This document shows, piece after piece, positions 11,792 to 23,999 of a stretch of DNA of 64,000 bases (position 1 is the stretch's first letter; every line of letters starts with the position of its first letter). The notes under the pieces were generated by a model, which worked only from the letters and a program-made list of their open reading frames with translations, was not told the DNA's origin and ran no database searches. The translations under genes were made by a program, and so were the position numbers. Location: positions 13,441,969-13,505,968 of the forward strand of contig CATNEN010000007.1 of the NCBI GenBank assembly GCA_950097015.1. Direction: 5' to 3'. This stretch comes from Macrostomum hystrix (taxonomy: Eukaryota > Animalia > Platyhelminthes).

Positions 11792-13843
11792 TGTTGTTGT
11801 TGTTGGTGTACGGATACCTCGCTAGGCATATGGGGGGCGCGCCAGCGCGCCCGTCGCCTCGACGAAGATCCGCACCCGATTCGGGTCCTCCCACAGGAGG
11901 GACATTGAGCCAGCAGAATGGAGGAGGTTGCGGCGTTGATCGGCCCACCTGGGGCAGTCAAGCAGGAAGTGCAGCGTGTCCTCCTCGGGAGCGTTGCAGT
12001 GAGGGCAAGACGCAGCGGGTACCTTGCCCCAGCGGTGTAGAGTGGCTTACAGGAAAGGCGCGCGGTTCGCCCTGAGTTAGAACAGCGCCACCTCCGCCGC
12101 ACGAGGCCAGGCACGGCCGACGTGCAGCCGTTTGCCGCCGCTGAGTCGCTGTGGGTGGTCCAGAGGGACTAGGTCTTTGTAAGCTCGGTCGTCTTCCGCT
12201 TGACCTTGCCGCTTGAGAGCAGCTCTGAGCGCCGCAACCGGTGTTGGCATGTTCTCTTGCGGGAGCGTGCAGCCCCCGCGTGCCAGAATGTCGGCTTCCT
12301 CATTGAGCGCAAGCCTGGCGTGACCCGGTACCCAGATTACAGTGGGCCGGTGGTCCGTGGCGAGCTGCTCCAGCAGAATGGACGCCTGTGCAGTTGCGTG
12401 GTCTGTCTGGCATTTACGCTGTGACTGGAGCCGGTCGAAGAGCGCTTGGGAGTCGAACAGCAGCCAGACGGCCATGCTGGGGCGTCCGTGGAGCTTGGCC
12501 AGGGCCGCCTCGAGACCAGCTGCGGCCGCAGCGGCCTCCGCGGTCGTTGAGCAGGTTAGGTGCCCCGCTGGGACACTGCCTCTGATGTCCTGGCTCCCTG
12601 GGGCCCGCTGCCGAATCACGTAGCCGCCTCCTCCATTACGGATGCCTTCCTCTGCCGCGCCGTCGGTCCAGATCTGCAGGTCTGGTGGGTCTTCCTGCCT
12701 CAGGCGGTCTAGCAGCTCCAGCGTTCTTGTCCTCCGAACAAGTGGTGCCTCGTCGCGGCTGGTTTCGACACGGACGAAGCGGGTCTGGAGACTGCGGGAC
12801 CAGGGGCGACGAAAGCAGGTGGGGGGAATGCGGCCTTCCACCCGGTCGCGTCCTCCTTCCACAGTGCTCAGTATCTCGATGGCCGACTCGCACCAAGAGC
12901 TTCAGGTGCCCGCGGTCCTCGCCTTGAGTCTGGTGCGGGTGGCGGACGGGCTGGCCAGATCGCGGAGTAGATGCCCTTCAGGGAACTGCTGGCAGCGCAG
13001 GAGCAGCTCCGCGGCCCTCTGCCGGCAGATGGTGTTGAACGGCTGGAGGCCGGCGTCGCAGATTAGGGCGCGGGCCCGGGCTCCGGTGCCGACCCCTGTG
13101 ATGATCCTAGCAGCGGCATAGTTGGCGGATTCGAGGCGTTCGCGGTGGGTGGGGGCCAGGAACGGCCACTAAAGTTCAGCCCCGTATAGCCCTGCCGGAC
13201 GAACGTAACTGCAGTAGAGGCGGTGTAGGGTCTCAAAGCTCGCACCCCAGGATCGCGCGGCAACGCAGCGGAGAGCCGCGAGCCTCCTGTGCAGCGCCGC
13301 GAGAGACCTCTTTGCTTGTTCCGCGAAATTGAGCTGCGAGTCGATCGTTACTCCCAGGACCTTGATCTCGCGCATGCAGGAGACGGTGTGTCCGCCGGCT
13401 TGCAGAGTGCCTCCGAACTTGCCGTTGAGCTCAGCCGGGTGGGTACTGATAAGGATGGCTTCAGTCTTCGCCGGCGCCAGCTTGAAGTGGTGTTCCTCGC
13501 ACCAGCCGCTCACCGCGTCGATCGCGGCCTGCATCTGCACTGTAGCCGTCACCGGGGAGGCGTCTGATGTCTTCACAGTGAGGTCGTCCGCGTATTGGAT
13601 GGGCCTACACTTGGGTGCCGCCTGCTGAATGGCCCCCGGCAGGGTTCGAGTGGCGATGTTGAAGAGCATGCTGCCCCCCTGTGTACGGCACGGTCCCGCC
13701 GGTGTGCAGAGAAGCCTGCTATCTTAGGGGTGTGATCTTGTGCTGTCAGATTTGTTTCCTGAAGGACTGCCACGTCCACTTGAAGCTCCTCTAGAATCGG
13801 TCCCCGCGGGAAGGGGGCCTCCGTTGACCGACGCCACGTCGGT
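11792..13843 (-). mobile_element. non-LTR retrotransposon (I/Ingi-like, RNase H-bearing), internally deleted, inserted in the Gypsy integrase
   Basis: APE fragment DVAVLQETN, RT QYADDL...KVLGVTID, RNase H IWTDGA...WVPGH...NEEAD, C-terminal CPHC...HFLLDC and an (AAC)n tail. 11-bp TSD CACGGAGCCGT / CACGGAGGCGT at 11781 and 13844. Confidence 0.88.
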
Positions 13844-15500
13844 CACGGAGGCGTCGGCTGGCACGTCGACTGCAGCGGCGCTTTCTGCGGCTTGGTTGAA
13901 CTCTTCTTGGCCAGGCAGACCGCGCAGCTGGCCACCCAGTTCTCGATGTCCCGTCGCAGACCAGGCCACCAGCAGCGCTCAGACAGCCTCGCTCCGGTCC
14001 TGTCGACGCCGAGGTGTCCGCTCTGGTTGCACGAGTGCGCCTGCTGCAGGAAATGTGGCCGCAGGTGACCGGGAATGACTGGCCGCCGAGCTCACCGAGG
14101 CCCCGTCCAGCAGCTCGCGAACCTGCGCCGCCCATGAATCGGACAGGCTGTCGACCCCTTCGGTCAGCGCCTGGAACACCTTGCTCAGCAGCGGGTCTTG
14201 CCGTTGCTCCTCGTGTAGGCTGCTGTCGTCCCACCGAGGCTGCAGGCGCGTGCCGGCCACCCGGCTCAGCGCATCCGGCACGACGTTGTCCCTGCCAGGC
14301 CGGTACAGCAGCTCGAACGAAAACTGCTGCAGCGTCGAAAGCCATCGCGTCAGCCGACCTTCGGGGTCCTTCGTTGCCAGCAGACATTACAGTGCCGAAG
14401 CACTCGGTGGTCCGAGTAGATTCTGAAGTTCGGGACACTCAGCGGGTACATCCTGAAGTGCTTCAAACTCCAGACCAGCGCCAGCAGCTCACGGTCGGTC
14501 GCCGAGTAGTTGCGCTGAAGACACCCGCAACTACCCCTACCTTACGTCCTGCTGAAGACAATGATGTCGTCAATGTAAGTCAGCACGGACTCCCAGGACA
14601 GGCCGGACATCATAAGCTCCATGAGCCGCTGGAACGTCGCCGGGGCGTTGCACATACCAAAGACCATCTTGCAGAATTGATTCAGGCCGCGCGACGAATA
14701 GAAGGCCGTCTTGTACCGGTCCTCCTCCGCCACCTCCACTTGGTGGTAGCCCTGCCGGCAGTCGATGGTGGAGAACCAGGAGCATCCGACAAGCGCAACC
14801 ATGGCCTGCAGCAGGTGCGGTGGCGTACAGCAGCACGGGCTCCTCTGCCAGGTTGCACATTTTCACTGGCATGCGGCAGCCGTCTGAGACCGCCAGCACG
14901 CGGGCCGGCAGGACGGCGGTGGACTTCACGAAGTCCTCAGACGGCTCAAAGACTCCCTGCTCGCCGTTGGAATCCACCTTGAGCCACACCAGCTTCTCGC
15001 TGCGGGCGGGCAGCTCCGTAGTTGCCGCCACACGCGCCGCCACCAGGACACTCGGTAACAGGCGACAGTCTGCTCGAGCCGGCTCGCTGCTGAAAGGCAC
15101 AGTTGTGCTATCAAACTTAACGACGCCTTCTTTTATGTCAATGGTCATCGCCTGCGACACGTTGCCGATGAAGTCTATGCCGATGATCAGGCTGGGCTGG
15201 ATGCTGTCCACGACTGTGAAGCGATGGCGCACGCCGATGGTCTTGCCGATCGAAACATCCGCTGCTGACAGGCCAAGGCAGCGCAGCCGGGATCCGTCGA
15301 CAGCAGTCGGCAGCGCACCGATGTCGATGCAGTAAATCTTGCACGGCAATCTGTCGAACAGCGACTTGTCCATCAACGAAACTTGCGCGCCGGTGTCGAG
15401 CAGAGCGGGCGCTGACACGCTGCCAAAGATCACCTTCACGAAGGCTGAAGGCGCTGATCTGAGGGCCCCTTTTGAGCGGGTCGGTGCTGGCCCCAGGCTG
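13844..15500 (-). pseudogene. Gypsy pol, first part (protease, partly deleted RT/RNase H, integrase Zn domain)
   Basis: ALLDTGAQVS; IDCRQGYHQV...FGMCNAPATFQR...TYIDDII; RNYSATDRELLA; NVVPDALSR; WWPGL...CAVC. Confidence 0.85.
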
Positions 15501-16301
15501 CCGACCCTCAGAAGTTTCCCTGCGGCTGTCCAGTTGGTGTCGGGCACACCGCGGCGGAGTGACCTTTGCCTGAGCACCGGCTGCAGCGGCTGCCGGTCGC
15601 CTTTGGGCACCGCCTAGCGATGTGACCCAGCTCGCCGCAGCTGAAGCACTTAATGGGTCCCTTCTGACGCCTGTCTCTTCCGGGTGGTCCCGTTCGCACG
15701 TTGCTGTCAGCTGCTGCATCTGCTGCTCCAGCTGGCTCAGCCGTCTGTCTTTCACTGACACCGCAGCTGATGAGGCTGTAGTCGCGTGGCTCACCAGCTC
15801 AAGTCGCGCAGCTCTGTCGACGATGGCGGCCAGCGAACACGAGTCCACGTCCTGGTCCTTCAACAGCGCATCTCGCACGGCAGATGGCAGGAGGCGCATC
15901 AGGCGAAACTTTAAGTCCTTTTCCCGAGCCGCCACGGAGTCGTCCGGGCGGGCCCGAAGGTGGAGAAGCTTCAGGCTGTAGGCCAGCTCCCTCAGCGACT
16001 CGTTTGGCTGTCGCTTACGCTCTTCAAAGTCCTCCATTGCTCTGTAGCAGCTTAGACTGTTGTCGAAGCACTCGATCAGCTTCTCCTTCAGCTTTTCATA
16101 GCTGGCTGACACGTCTTCCGGCTGCTCCCAGACGAAGATTTGTGCTTCTCCTGTCACCAGCAGTCTCAGCTTCTTTGCCTTCTTCTTATCGTCCCATTCG
16201 CAGTCGTCGGCGAAGTCCTCAAACGTGCTGAGCCCCGTTCTCACGTTGGAGTCGCCGCTAAACTTTGAAGGCAATAGACTGGCTTGCTCTGATTTGGCCA
16301 T
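15500..16301 (-). pseudogene. Gypsy gag (frameshifted zinc knuckles)
   Basis: MAKSEQASLLPSKFSGD...RKRQPNESL; CFSCGELGHIARRC and CSRCSGKGHSAAVC. Confidence 0.85.
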
Positions 16302-16796
16302 AGTGAGACCGCTGCCACCAGTGTAAGACCGTGGGTTAAGTTGTAGAACATAACAAAACACGCCAGGAGCCCTCACTGGCTCCCGCAAATATATATTAAA
16401 CGGCAAAGTTGGGGTGGGTGCAACCACCCTAAGCGAAAGCACGCTGCAGCGCTAAACCCCACACCCCAAACAAGCCGCGCGTGCACATCTAAGTGCACGC
16501 GCACCAACAAGCCAGACTACAGTTTTTGGACTCTATAGAAGGCTATAGATCGAAGAGCTGAAATTTTACACTGGAAACTGAAATCTGGAGGTTGGATAGC
16601 AGAAGCATGACAGTTTAACTTAGTGGCAATTTGTTCATCAATTTCTGAGTGCTGAGTATTTTATAAGTGATATGGTCCATGGACGAGAGTCACACAAACA
16701 TGCAAACTGACTATAAGGTGCTGCTTAATAGTAGGCTTTTCTTGCTAGAAGTGTTGGCTTCATGGATGAAAAATTCTTGGTACGAGTATAAAATAA

Positions 16797-18982
16797 TGTA
16801 GTGACTGTGGTTGGTTTGGGATCCCCGGCCTGCAGTACTATTAAGTATAATACGAATAATCACTATAATCACACAGTACAGTACTAAGTAAGATACAGTA
16901 CTCCGTACAGGCCTGGCACTCAGAAAGGAAAGACACGAATGCAGCGCTTACCGGTCGGAACGCAGAATCCTTACTGGAACGGTGCCAGCTTCTCCAGCCA
17001 GCGTGCCACCTATCCTTCAGTATCCTTGAAGTTCTTTAGCCACTGCAGGCTACTGTGGTCGGTGCGCAGACAGAATACCTTGCTGAGCAGGTAGTACTTG
17101 AACTTGGACATGAACATCACAACTGCCAGCAGCTCTACTCGTTTCGTGCAGTAATTGCGCTCTGCTTGATGCAGGGACTTTAAGGCATAAGCGATCACGC
17201 GCTCCGAACCATCGGCCTGGACTTGCGAGAGTACGGCCCCGATTCCAAGCTTCGAGCTTCCGTCGGTGTCGAGCACAAAATTACCAGCCGTAGGCGAAAA
17301 GTTCGGATGTGCCATGACTTCAGAGCTTGTAAAATTCAGTTTTAATGCTTCGAAAGCAGTCTTGCTCTTCCTCCCATTGGAATTTCGTGCCTTTAGTTGT
17401 CAACAGAGTCTATGGTGCGACGATCTCGGCAAAATTTCTGATGAATCTCCGGTAGTAACCGCACAATCCTAAGAAAGACTGCAGCTCAGACAGGTTCTTT
17501 GGCGTTGGCCAGTCTCTTACTTCTAGGACTTTAGACTCTTCCGTACTGATCCTTCGGCGGAGACTTTATGCCCCATTAATTCTACTTCTTTTTGCAGAAA
17601 GTGGAATTTCTGTGGCTTTAAGCTAAGATTAGACAGTTGTAGCTCCTCCAAGATTTCCTCCAATCGACGCAGATATTCCGTTACATCGACAGACCACACT
17701 AGCAGGTCGTCAATTTAGACCAATCAAGTTTTCCTCATCTGCTGCCCAACACCGCTGCCATCAGTCTGGTAAAGGTCGCCGGGCTGTTCACCAAGCCAAA
17801 CGGCATGACTTTCCATCGGAATTGTCGCCGGTGAGGCACTGAAAAAACTGTCTTTTCGTTGTCCTTCGGAGACATGCCGACCTGCCAAAACGCACTGTGC
17901 AGGTCCATAGCCGAGAAGATCTGCGCCCCATGGAGGGCCTCCAATGAATCGTCGACTCTCGGCATGGGCACCGCGTCCTTGACGGTTACGTCGCTAAGCT
18001 TGCGATAATCCACACACATCCTCATTTCTCCGCTCTTCTTCCGGACGCATACCAGTCGTGAGGACCACGGTGACTGTGCCACTTCGATTTGGCCTTTTTC
18101 CAGCAACTCCTCAATCTGGCGATCCACTTCTGGCTAGAGGTGTGTAGGCAATCGGCGAGGCGGAATCTTGATGAGTCGCGCTTCCGTCGTTTCAATTCTG
18201 TGTTGCACCACTGTGGTGACCTTTGGTGCGGACTGCTTGGTCGCAAACACGTCTCGGTATTTCCAGATTAGATCTTGAAAGGCAGAGTTTTCTCATATAT
18301 ATATAACTTGGTTCTGTGTGATTAATTGATGTGTCTGCCCTGAAGATGACCGATTGTGGTCGAAATGCATCGGCAAAATTCTAAGAAAATTTAAATGTTG
18401 ATTTTGAATTTTCTCTAATTAATTGTTGTCAAGCGAGCTACTCTACCTAAGTAAGATACAGTACTCCGTACAGGCCTGGTACTTAGAAAGGCAAGACACG
18501 AATGCAGCGCTTACCGGTCGGAACGCAGGATGACAGTAGACTTCGATTTCGTTTATTTATACGATTATTAAATAACTTAAGACTTCGCAGTACTCGTAAG
18601 AAACCGTCTTCACCGATGGAATCTTAAAGTTCGCCTGGCGAGCGCGGTCGCCCCGGCACGGGCAGATATTGACAGCAAGGGGGCAGACAGGGGAGGCGGT
18701 GCACAGAGTCAAGCCACCAGCGCGCAGGGAGGGGTAGGGTTGTACGCGCTGGCCGGGTGTACGGGCAAAGCTACGCAGAGCTGATTGGCGGGGAGCAAAG
18801 CCATGCAGCGCTGGGTAAGGGTTGACAGACAATGCCCGCGCCCAGCCAATCAGATGGTGGGCACCCTGAGTAAGGCTGGGAATGTAGGGAGAGAAAGGGC
18901 GAGGCCAAGGCCGAGCCAAATAAACCGGCCTCAAACACAACGGCCTTGGCGAGCAGTCGACCTGAGAAACACAGGCACTACA
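16797..18982 (-). mobile_element. internally deleted Ty3/Gypsy element
   Basis: Termini TGTAGTG...CACTACA with a 4-bp TSD ATAA. Shared LTR segment at 16884-16966 and 18447-18530. RT fragments MCVDYRKL, MDLHSAFWQ, MPFGLVNSP; RNase H LDTDGS...RNYCT..ELLA. Confidence 0.85.
18336..18375 (+). ncRNA. minimal type I hammerhead ribozyme in a Penelope pLTR-like fragment (about 18275-18445)
   Basis: TGCC-CTGAAGA-T-GACC(GATTGT)GGTC-GAAA-TGCA-TC-GGCA. Confidence 0.8.
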
Positions 18983-19181
18983 ATAACATGGAAGGAATAA
19001 AAATATTATATATATTATGTATTATTCATCAATTTTTAGCTTCTAAAAATTAGGAAAAAAATGTTGGCTTCTTAAAATTTTAGAACTGAAATCTGACAAT
19101 TGAACATCTTATTCTAAAACTTGATTAACAAAGACTCTCATATCGAATGCAAAGAATCTCGCACTTATAATCGATCCGCAG

Positions 19182-19554
19182 AGTGGCTTGGTGCGACTTT
19201 ACAATTCGCCGTGTGGGTCAGTCACACACGTACTCGGTGCAGTGTGTGCTACCAGCCAACATGCTTAACGAAAAAGTGTATATTTTTCTGTGGTTTTGGT
19301 GCTGCCTACTACTAACTGCGCTCCTCACAAACGTGATAGTGTGGTGCGCGCGACTGACGTACTGGCAGCGCGCAAGCTCTGCCCGCCTGTGGCTGGCTCT
19401 GCTGGGCGACTCTTGTGACCAGGCGGCCGTGAGTGGCGCCCTCAACCATTTTTCGCCAGACGCCTTTCTACTAATGAACTTAATCGCTTTGCGGTTTGGA
19501 GACCCATTCGCTGCCCGCCTCCTGAGAGACCTCAACAGTGATGTTATTGTATAG
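19182..19554 (+). CDS. inx: innexin, last coding exon (upstream exons not recognised in this window)
   Basis: (R)VAWCDFTIRRVG...YSVQCVLPANMLNEKVYIFLWFW is the innexin EL2/TM4 signature. Preceded by a CAG acceptor at 19179-19181. Confidence 0.9.
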
Positions 19555-19826
19555 CATGACTCGCAAAATTCGAATTGAAAATTTAACTATGACACCGATG
19601 CGTAAGCGCAAATCGCGAAACTGGAAAGGCAAATATACTGGTAGGAAAAACGCGCCACACTTATGCTTCGAAAAAGCGCCGTACTTGATCCCGAAAGCTT
19701 TCGTGCATTCACTTCATTCGCGATGTAGGAATTCGCTATTCGCAAAGAAATTCGCAATTCGCAAAGAAAAGCGTGCATGTGATTGTTAATGTCAGTAGAA
19801 AAGTCAGTTCGTTTTCAGTCCTTGGT

Positions 19827-20300
19827 TCAATCCTTGTAGATCTTCACGCCACCCCGTGCTGCGCGGGGGTGCGGGCGCAGCGCCACCGGGGATTCGGGCG
19901 GGTCCCGCGCCGCCTCGCCTGGAGTTTCTGGCGCGGCAGCCTGCGGCCTGGCACCAGCGTCGTCTGATTCTGGGGTGACGACCTTGACCGCCGTGCAATG
20001 CCGCCAGCGGGCCGCGCCGTCACGAAGCAGCATCAGCGAGTTGCCGGCCACCCGCTGGACTGTCCAGGCGCCGCTCTCGAATGGCGTTTGCATCTTGCTG
20101 GCACCGACTCGCCGTCGCAGCACCGAATCGCCGACCTGGATTTCGTGCCGCCGTGGCCGCCTCCTGGCGTCCGCTCGCTGCTTCATCGCGGCCTTGGCGC
20201 TCGCATCCATCTCTCGCAGCCGCTGCTCGTTGATGCGGACGCGCTGGGATGGCCGGGCGGCGGGGATGACATCGTTTGGTCGCCGGCCCATCAGCAAATC
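19827..20300 (-). pseudogene. Gypsy (K02A2.6-like) integrase C-terminal fragment
   Basis: LLMGR...KAAMKQRADARR...IQVGDSVL, the post-core integrase region. GC-rich island with sharp edges. Confidence 0.7.
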
Positions 20301-20649
20301 ATCAGACTGACTTAAAAAAGGGTTATGACAGTATTATTTACTGGTTGCAGTAATTTTTTCTCAGTTCTGGAAACAAAACTTTGCGGTTATAAGTCAAGAT
20401 GCCAATATGTGCGACTTTTGGCACATTTTCTGTCAGTCTGATTTCAATCTGACAATCTGTCAATCTGACAGTACTTTTAGTACGAAGTCGTATTGCGAAT
20501 ATTTGCTACTTTTGGCACTTGGGAAGGAGCAGTTTCCGACTCTTACAAGTCTTTGTGCTCTTGATCGAAGATTTTAAACTTTTTTCAGAGTACGAAAATG
20601 AGTGTTCTCTTGAGATTGGCGGAGCGGAACATTAAGTACTGAATGGATT

Positions 20650-21025
20650 TCTGAGCCTAGATAACTACCAATGCGGCACCAAAATGCCTATCATTGCTGA
20701 GCCAAGATAACTATCATTGCTGAGCCAAGATAACTATCATTGCTGAGCCAAGATAACTATCATTGCTGTGCTGATATCGATAAAAATGTTGAGTCTAGAT
20801 ATGTATCTATTATGAGCCCAGGAATCTATCAATTCTGAGCTTAAATATCTATCGATTCTGAGCCTAGGAATCTATCAATTCTGAGCCTAGATTTCTATCA
20901 ATGATGAGCCTCGATATCTATAAATTCTGAGCCTTGGAATCTATCAATGCTGAGCCTAGATAACTATCAATGCTGAGCCTAGAAATGTATAAACTCTGAG
21001 CCTAGAAATCTATTAATACTGAGTT
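20650..21025. repeat. ~23 bp minisatellite (CTGAGCCTAGATAACTATCAATG)n
   Basis: Visible tandem copies. Confidence 0.9.
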
Positions 21026-21179
21026 TAAATATATTAGATTTTTGGTACGTTCCCAAACTTGTAAAATTGCTGCCAATTTGCAGACATTCCGTGGCTATTA
21101 CTTGGCTATTTCATTCCATTACGTGCAGTTATTCCATGCTATTTTTTAATTATATTCATAATCTAGGTCAAATCAAGGC

Positions 21180-21680
21180 GTGAGATAAAGTGTGCAGAAG
21201 GACGGGTAGAGTAAGGAGATGGAGAGAGGTAAAGTGATAAGAGAGAGAGTAATAGAGTGAGGGGATGGAGACGTGAGGGTGAGGATAATGGGAGGGGGTA
21301 GAGTGGGGAGAGGTAGGGTGATCAGAAGAAAATGGGTGGGAAGTAAGGAGCGATAGGTAGGGAATCGTAAAGTGAGCAGACTGAGAGGGGAGATAAAGGA
21401 GAAGAAATGGGTGGGTAGAGTTTGAAAAGAGAGGGGTGAGTAGGGAGAGAAATATGGGTATAGTGGGGAGAGAATGAGAGGTAGATTGAAGAAGTAGAGA
21501 CTCTTAGAGTCAGCGGAAAGAGTTGGGTAGAGTGAGAAAAGAGAGGCGGTTGGTGAGGCGTAGAGTAAAGAGTGATGTATATATGTAGAGTGACGAGTTG
21601 GTAGACAAGTAAAGTGACAGAATAAAAAGAAATACTGTGAGGAGATGGAGACGAATATAGTGGTGATAATGAGAGTGGTG
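21180..21680. repeat. purine (GA)-rich low-complexity tract
   Basis: Plus strand is almost free of C. Confidence 0.8.
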
Positions 21681-23447
21681 ATAAATACTATTTCTTATTT
21701 GTTCCTTCACAGCTTGATGCATCGAAGTACTGCGTGTGAAGCACTTTTCGGCACTTGTAATTATGTCCGCTCTGCTGATGCCAGGGATTGACTGGCCACT
21801 TTCGGGAAGTCCGTCTGTCTCGGCGGAATCTACCACGAGCAGGTGGCACCTAATTCCGACGAATACAATTCGATAGAGCATCACTAGAGCTTTCCAACGA
21901 CACCAAGCACGTCCGGAAATACCCACCAGAAGCCTGGCAAAGTGCATTGAAAGTCTCAAGGTACCTACAGGCACTGTAACGGTGAGGGGGAAATTACACT
22001 TTGCGGGAACGGCTGCCAGTCGAAGACGGTAGCACATCTATTGATGAGACAAACGGCAACCGACGCATCGATAGATGCTCTATCACTTTCTAAAGACTCA
22101 CCTGCCCAAACTCAACAGGTCTCGAATGGGATCCAGTCAAACTTGAGCTATACAGGCCTGTTTAGACTGGCATTTAGGCGCCCCACCGGTCACAAAAGTG
22201 CTTTCTGAGTGCCCCTTAATTTTGATGGATCTCGGCCGGACTTGACCCCCTGTACTCTGGGATAAATGTAGAAGCGATCCCAGCCGAAATCCGGGGACAA
22301 TAGGTCACTCTATGGGGCCAGCTTGTTGCGCACTAGTTAGCCTTGGCAAACGCTATAAAACGACTGAGGGAATAGTTGCGCCTTACTTGGCGCGCTGCCA
22401 AGAAAGAACGGTGGCATCTACCTGCGCGCCGCGAGCGTCTATAGACACTTTAATAAATGCCCTATCGTCTGACGATAGTGGCGCCACTTTGGCGCCAATA
22501 GCGCCGGAGCTGGAGCCTTGGAAACTTGCCCCTCTAACCCTGGAAAAATTGAAGGAATTATTTCGCTTTGCGACAGCGGCTACCAGTCGACAATGGAAGC
22601 ACATCTTGGGACGTGTCAGGCGTCGTTAGAACGAGGACGGCCTAGACTACATAGTGGCTCGGCCAGTCGGAGTCGAGCAGCTAAAAGAATTCTATACTAC
22701 TTACAGTATAAGGTAGCGGGTTTTTAGGCGTAAAACGGCTGTAGATAGTTTAGCTTGCGTCGGACAGTCTCGCGACCGTCAAATTCCGACTCTACGCGTC
22801 AAATTGCATCTACGTTTATCTCATTGTCTGGGCATCCATTCTCGTCGAGATCCATCGACCTGAACGGCCAATTTGACGTGTTCTTTGATTCTTTGCTATT
22901 TTCTTTATACATGTACATAAAAAGAGGACCGAAGTAGTATGATTATCTTCATTAGAAATTTGATCCAAGCATTGCTGATCCCTTCAGTTCCTTAAACTGA
23001 TCCTTACACAGAACACGTTTCATTTTGTTGTAGATTGCTCCTGCTTGGATATCATACAATATCACAGTTTTCACACAATAATCACACAATATCACACACA
23101 ATATCACCATGCTTGTTGAGGCGCTTCAACTTGTTGAAGATCTGGATGAGCTGATTAAATAGTAAATATGTCATTTCGGAATTCCTCATTCGATGGATCT
23201 CGAGCATCCACAGCATCGCATGAGGTAGGCTACGCGTGATGGTGGATAAAGGAAAATGTACTCTCGCAAAAGCATTGTAATTCTGAACCCACACTGAATC
23301 AGGGCTTCACTGTGAATTTTGAGCTTCACAAATCCAAAAACCTTTAATCCAAAAGCCCCCACACGATCATTCACCAGAGCTAAGCTTCTATTGATTCCAC
23401 ATGATACATAAATAAAATAAAAATAAAAAAGGATTGAAACAAGAACA

Positions 23448-23745
23448 GTGAATAAAATCAGCAGAATTATCGACTCTAAGAAACCCGGTGTTTTGAAAAT
23501 TAAAGGTACAAAAGTGAAAGTAGATCCAATCATAAATCAAATCCATTGTAAAAATCAAACACACAATATCACTGATGAGAAGACAGGCGGGATTCTTCCT
23601 TTGCTAACACTCATCCCCATCATCGCAGGTGCTCTGAGCTTGGTGCTGCAGGAGGTGTAGCCGGCGGAGTTGCATCAGCTGGGAAGGCTGGCAATGACAG
23701 AGCACATCAACGAGAGATTAAGAAAATCGCTATATAAAAAGGAGT
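23448..23745 (+). pseudogene. decayed Maverick small virion-protein gene (remnant of a second Polinton)
   Basis: KTGGILPLLTLIPIIAGALS, then after a frameshift GAAGGVAGGVASAGKAGND. Same GG-hydrophobic-Gly/Ala pattern as ORF 35748-36179. Confidence 0.6.
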
Positions 23746-23999
23746 GAGAATCAGGGAAGGAAAGGGTCGGTACTCTTTCAGGATGTTTTGAAGCCTCTGA
23801 AGGAGCTAGTTGAAGCTCAAAATAAGCTTGAACTAACTCAGAACTCAGAATTGAAGCGCAGAAATTCCAACGGTCAACCGTAATTCGAACAAGACTGCCC
23901 AACCACCTGCCAACTAGCCGCCGCACCTGTACAACTGCATATAGTGATTAACTGCTGGATATTTTTTGACCATCTTTCACTTTTATACATGGTGTACAG

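Larger units (their letters stand above)
10438..16521 (-). mobile_element. Ty3/Gypsy LTR retrotransposon with both LTRs, decayed, carrying a nested LINE
   Basis: LTRs at 10438-10635 and 16322-16521 (TGTA...TACA, about 95% alike by eye). 4-bp TSD GTTT. PBS TGGTGGCAGCGGT (tRNA-Leu) at 16308-16320. PPT next to the 3' LTR. Confidence 0.95.

Noticed and set aside
52-16231. Many plus-strand ORFs over the retroelements
   Set aside because: Antisense shadows of GC-rich minus-strand gag/pol/RT frames, with no motifs.
21700-22880. Possible DNA-transposon end sequences (also 3820-3950 and 28890-29295)
   Set aside because: Short repeated motifs are present, but I could not pair TIRs or find a TSD.
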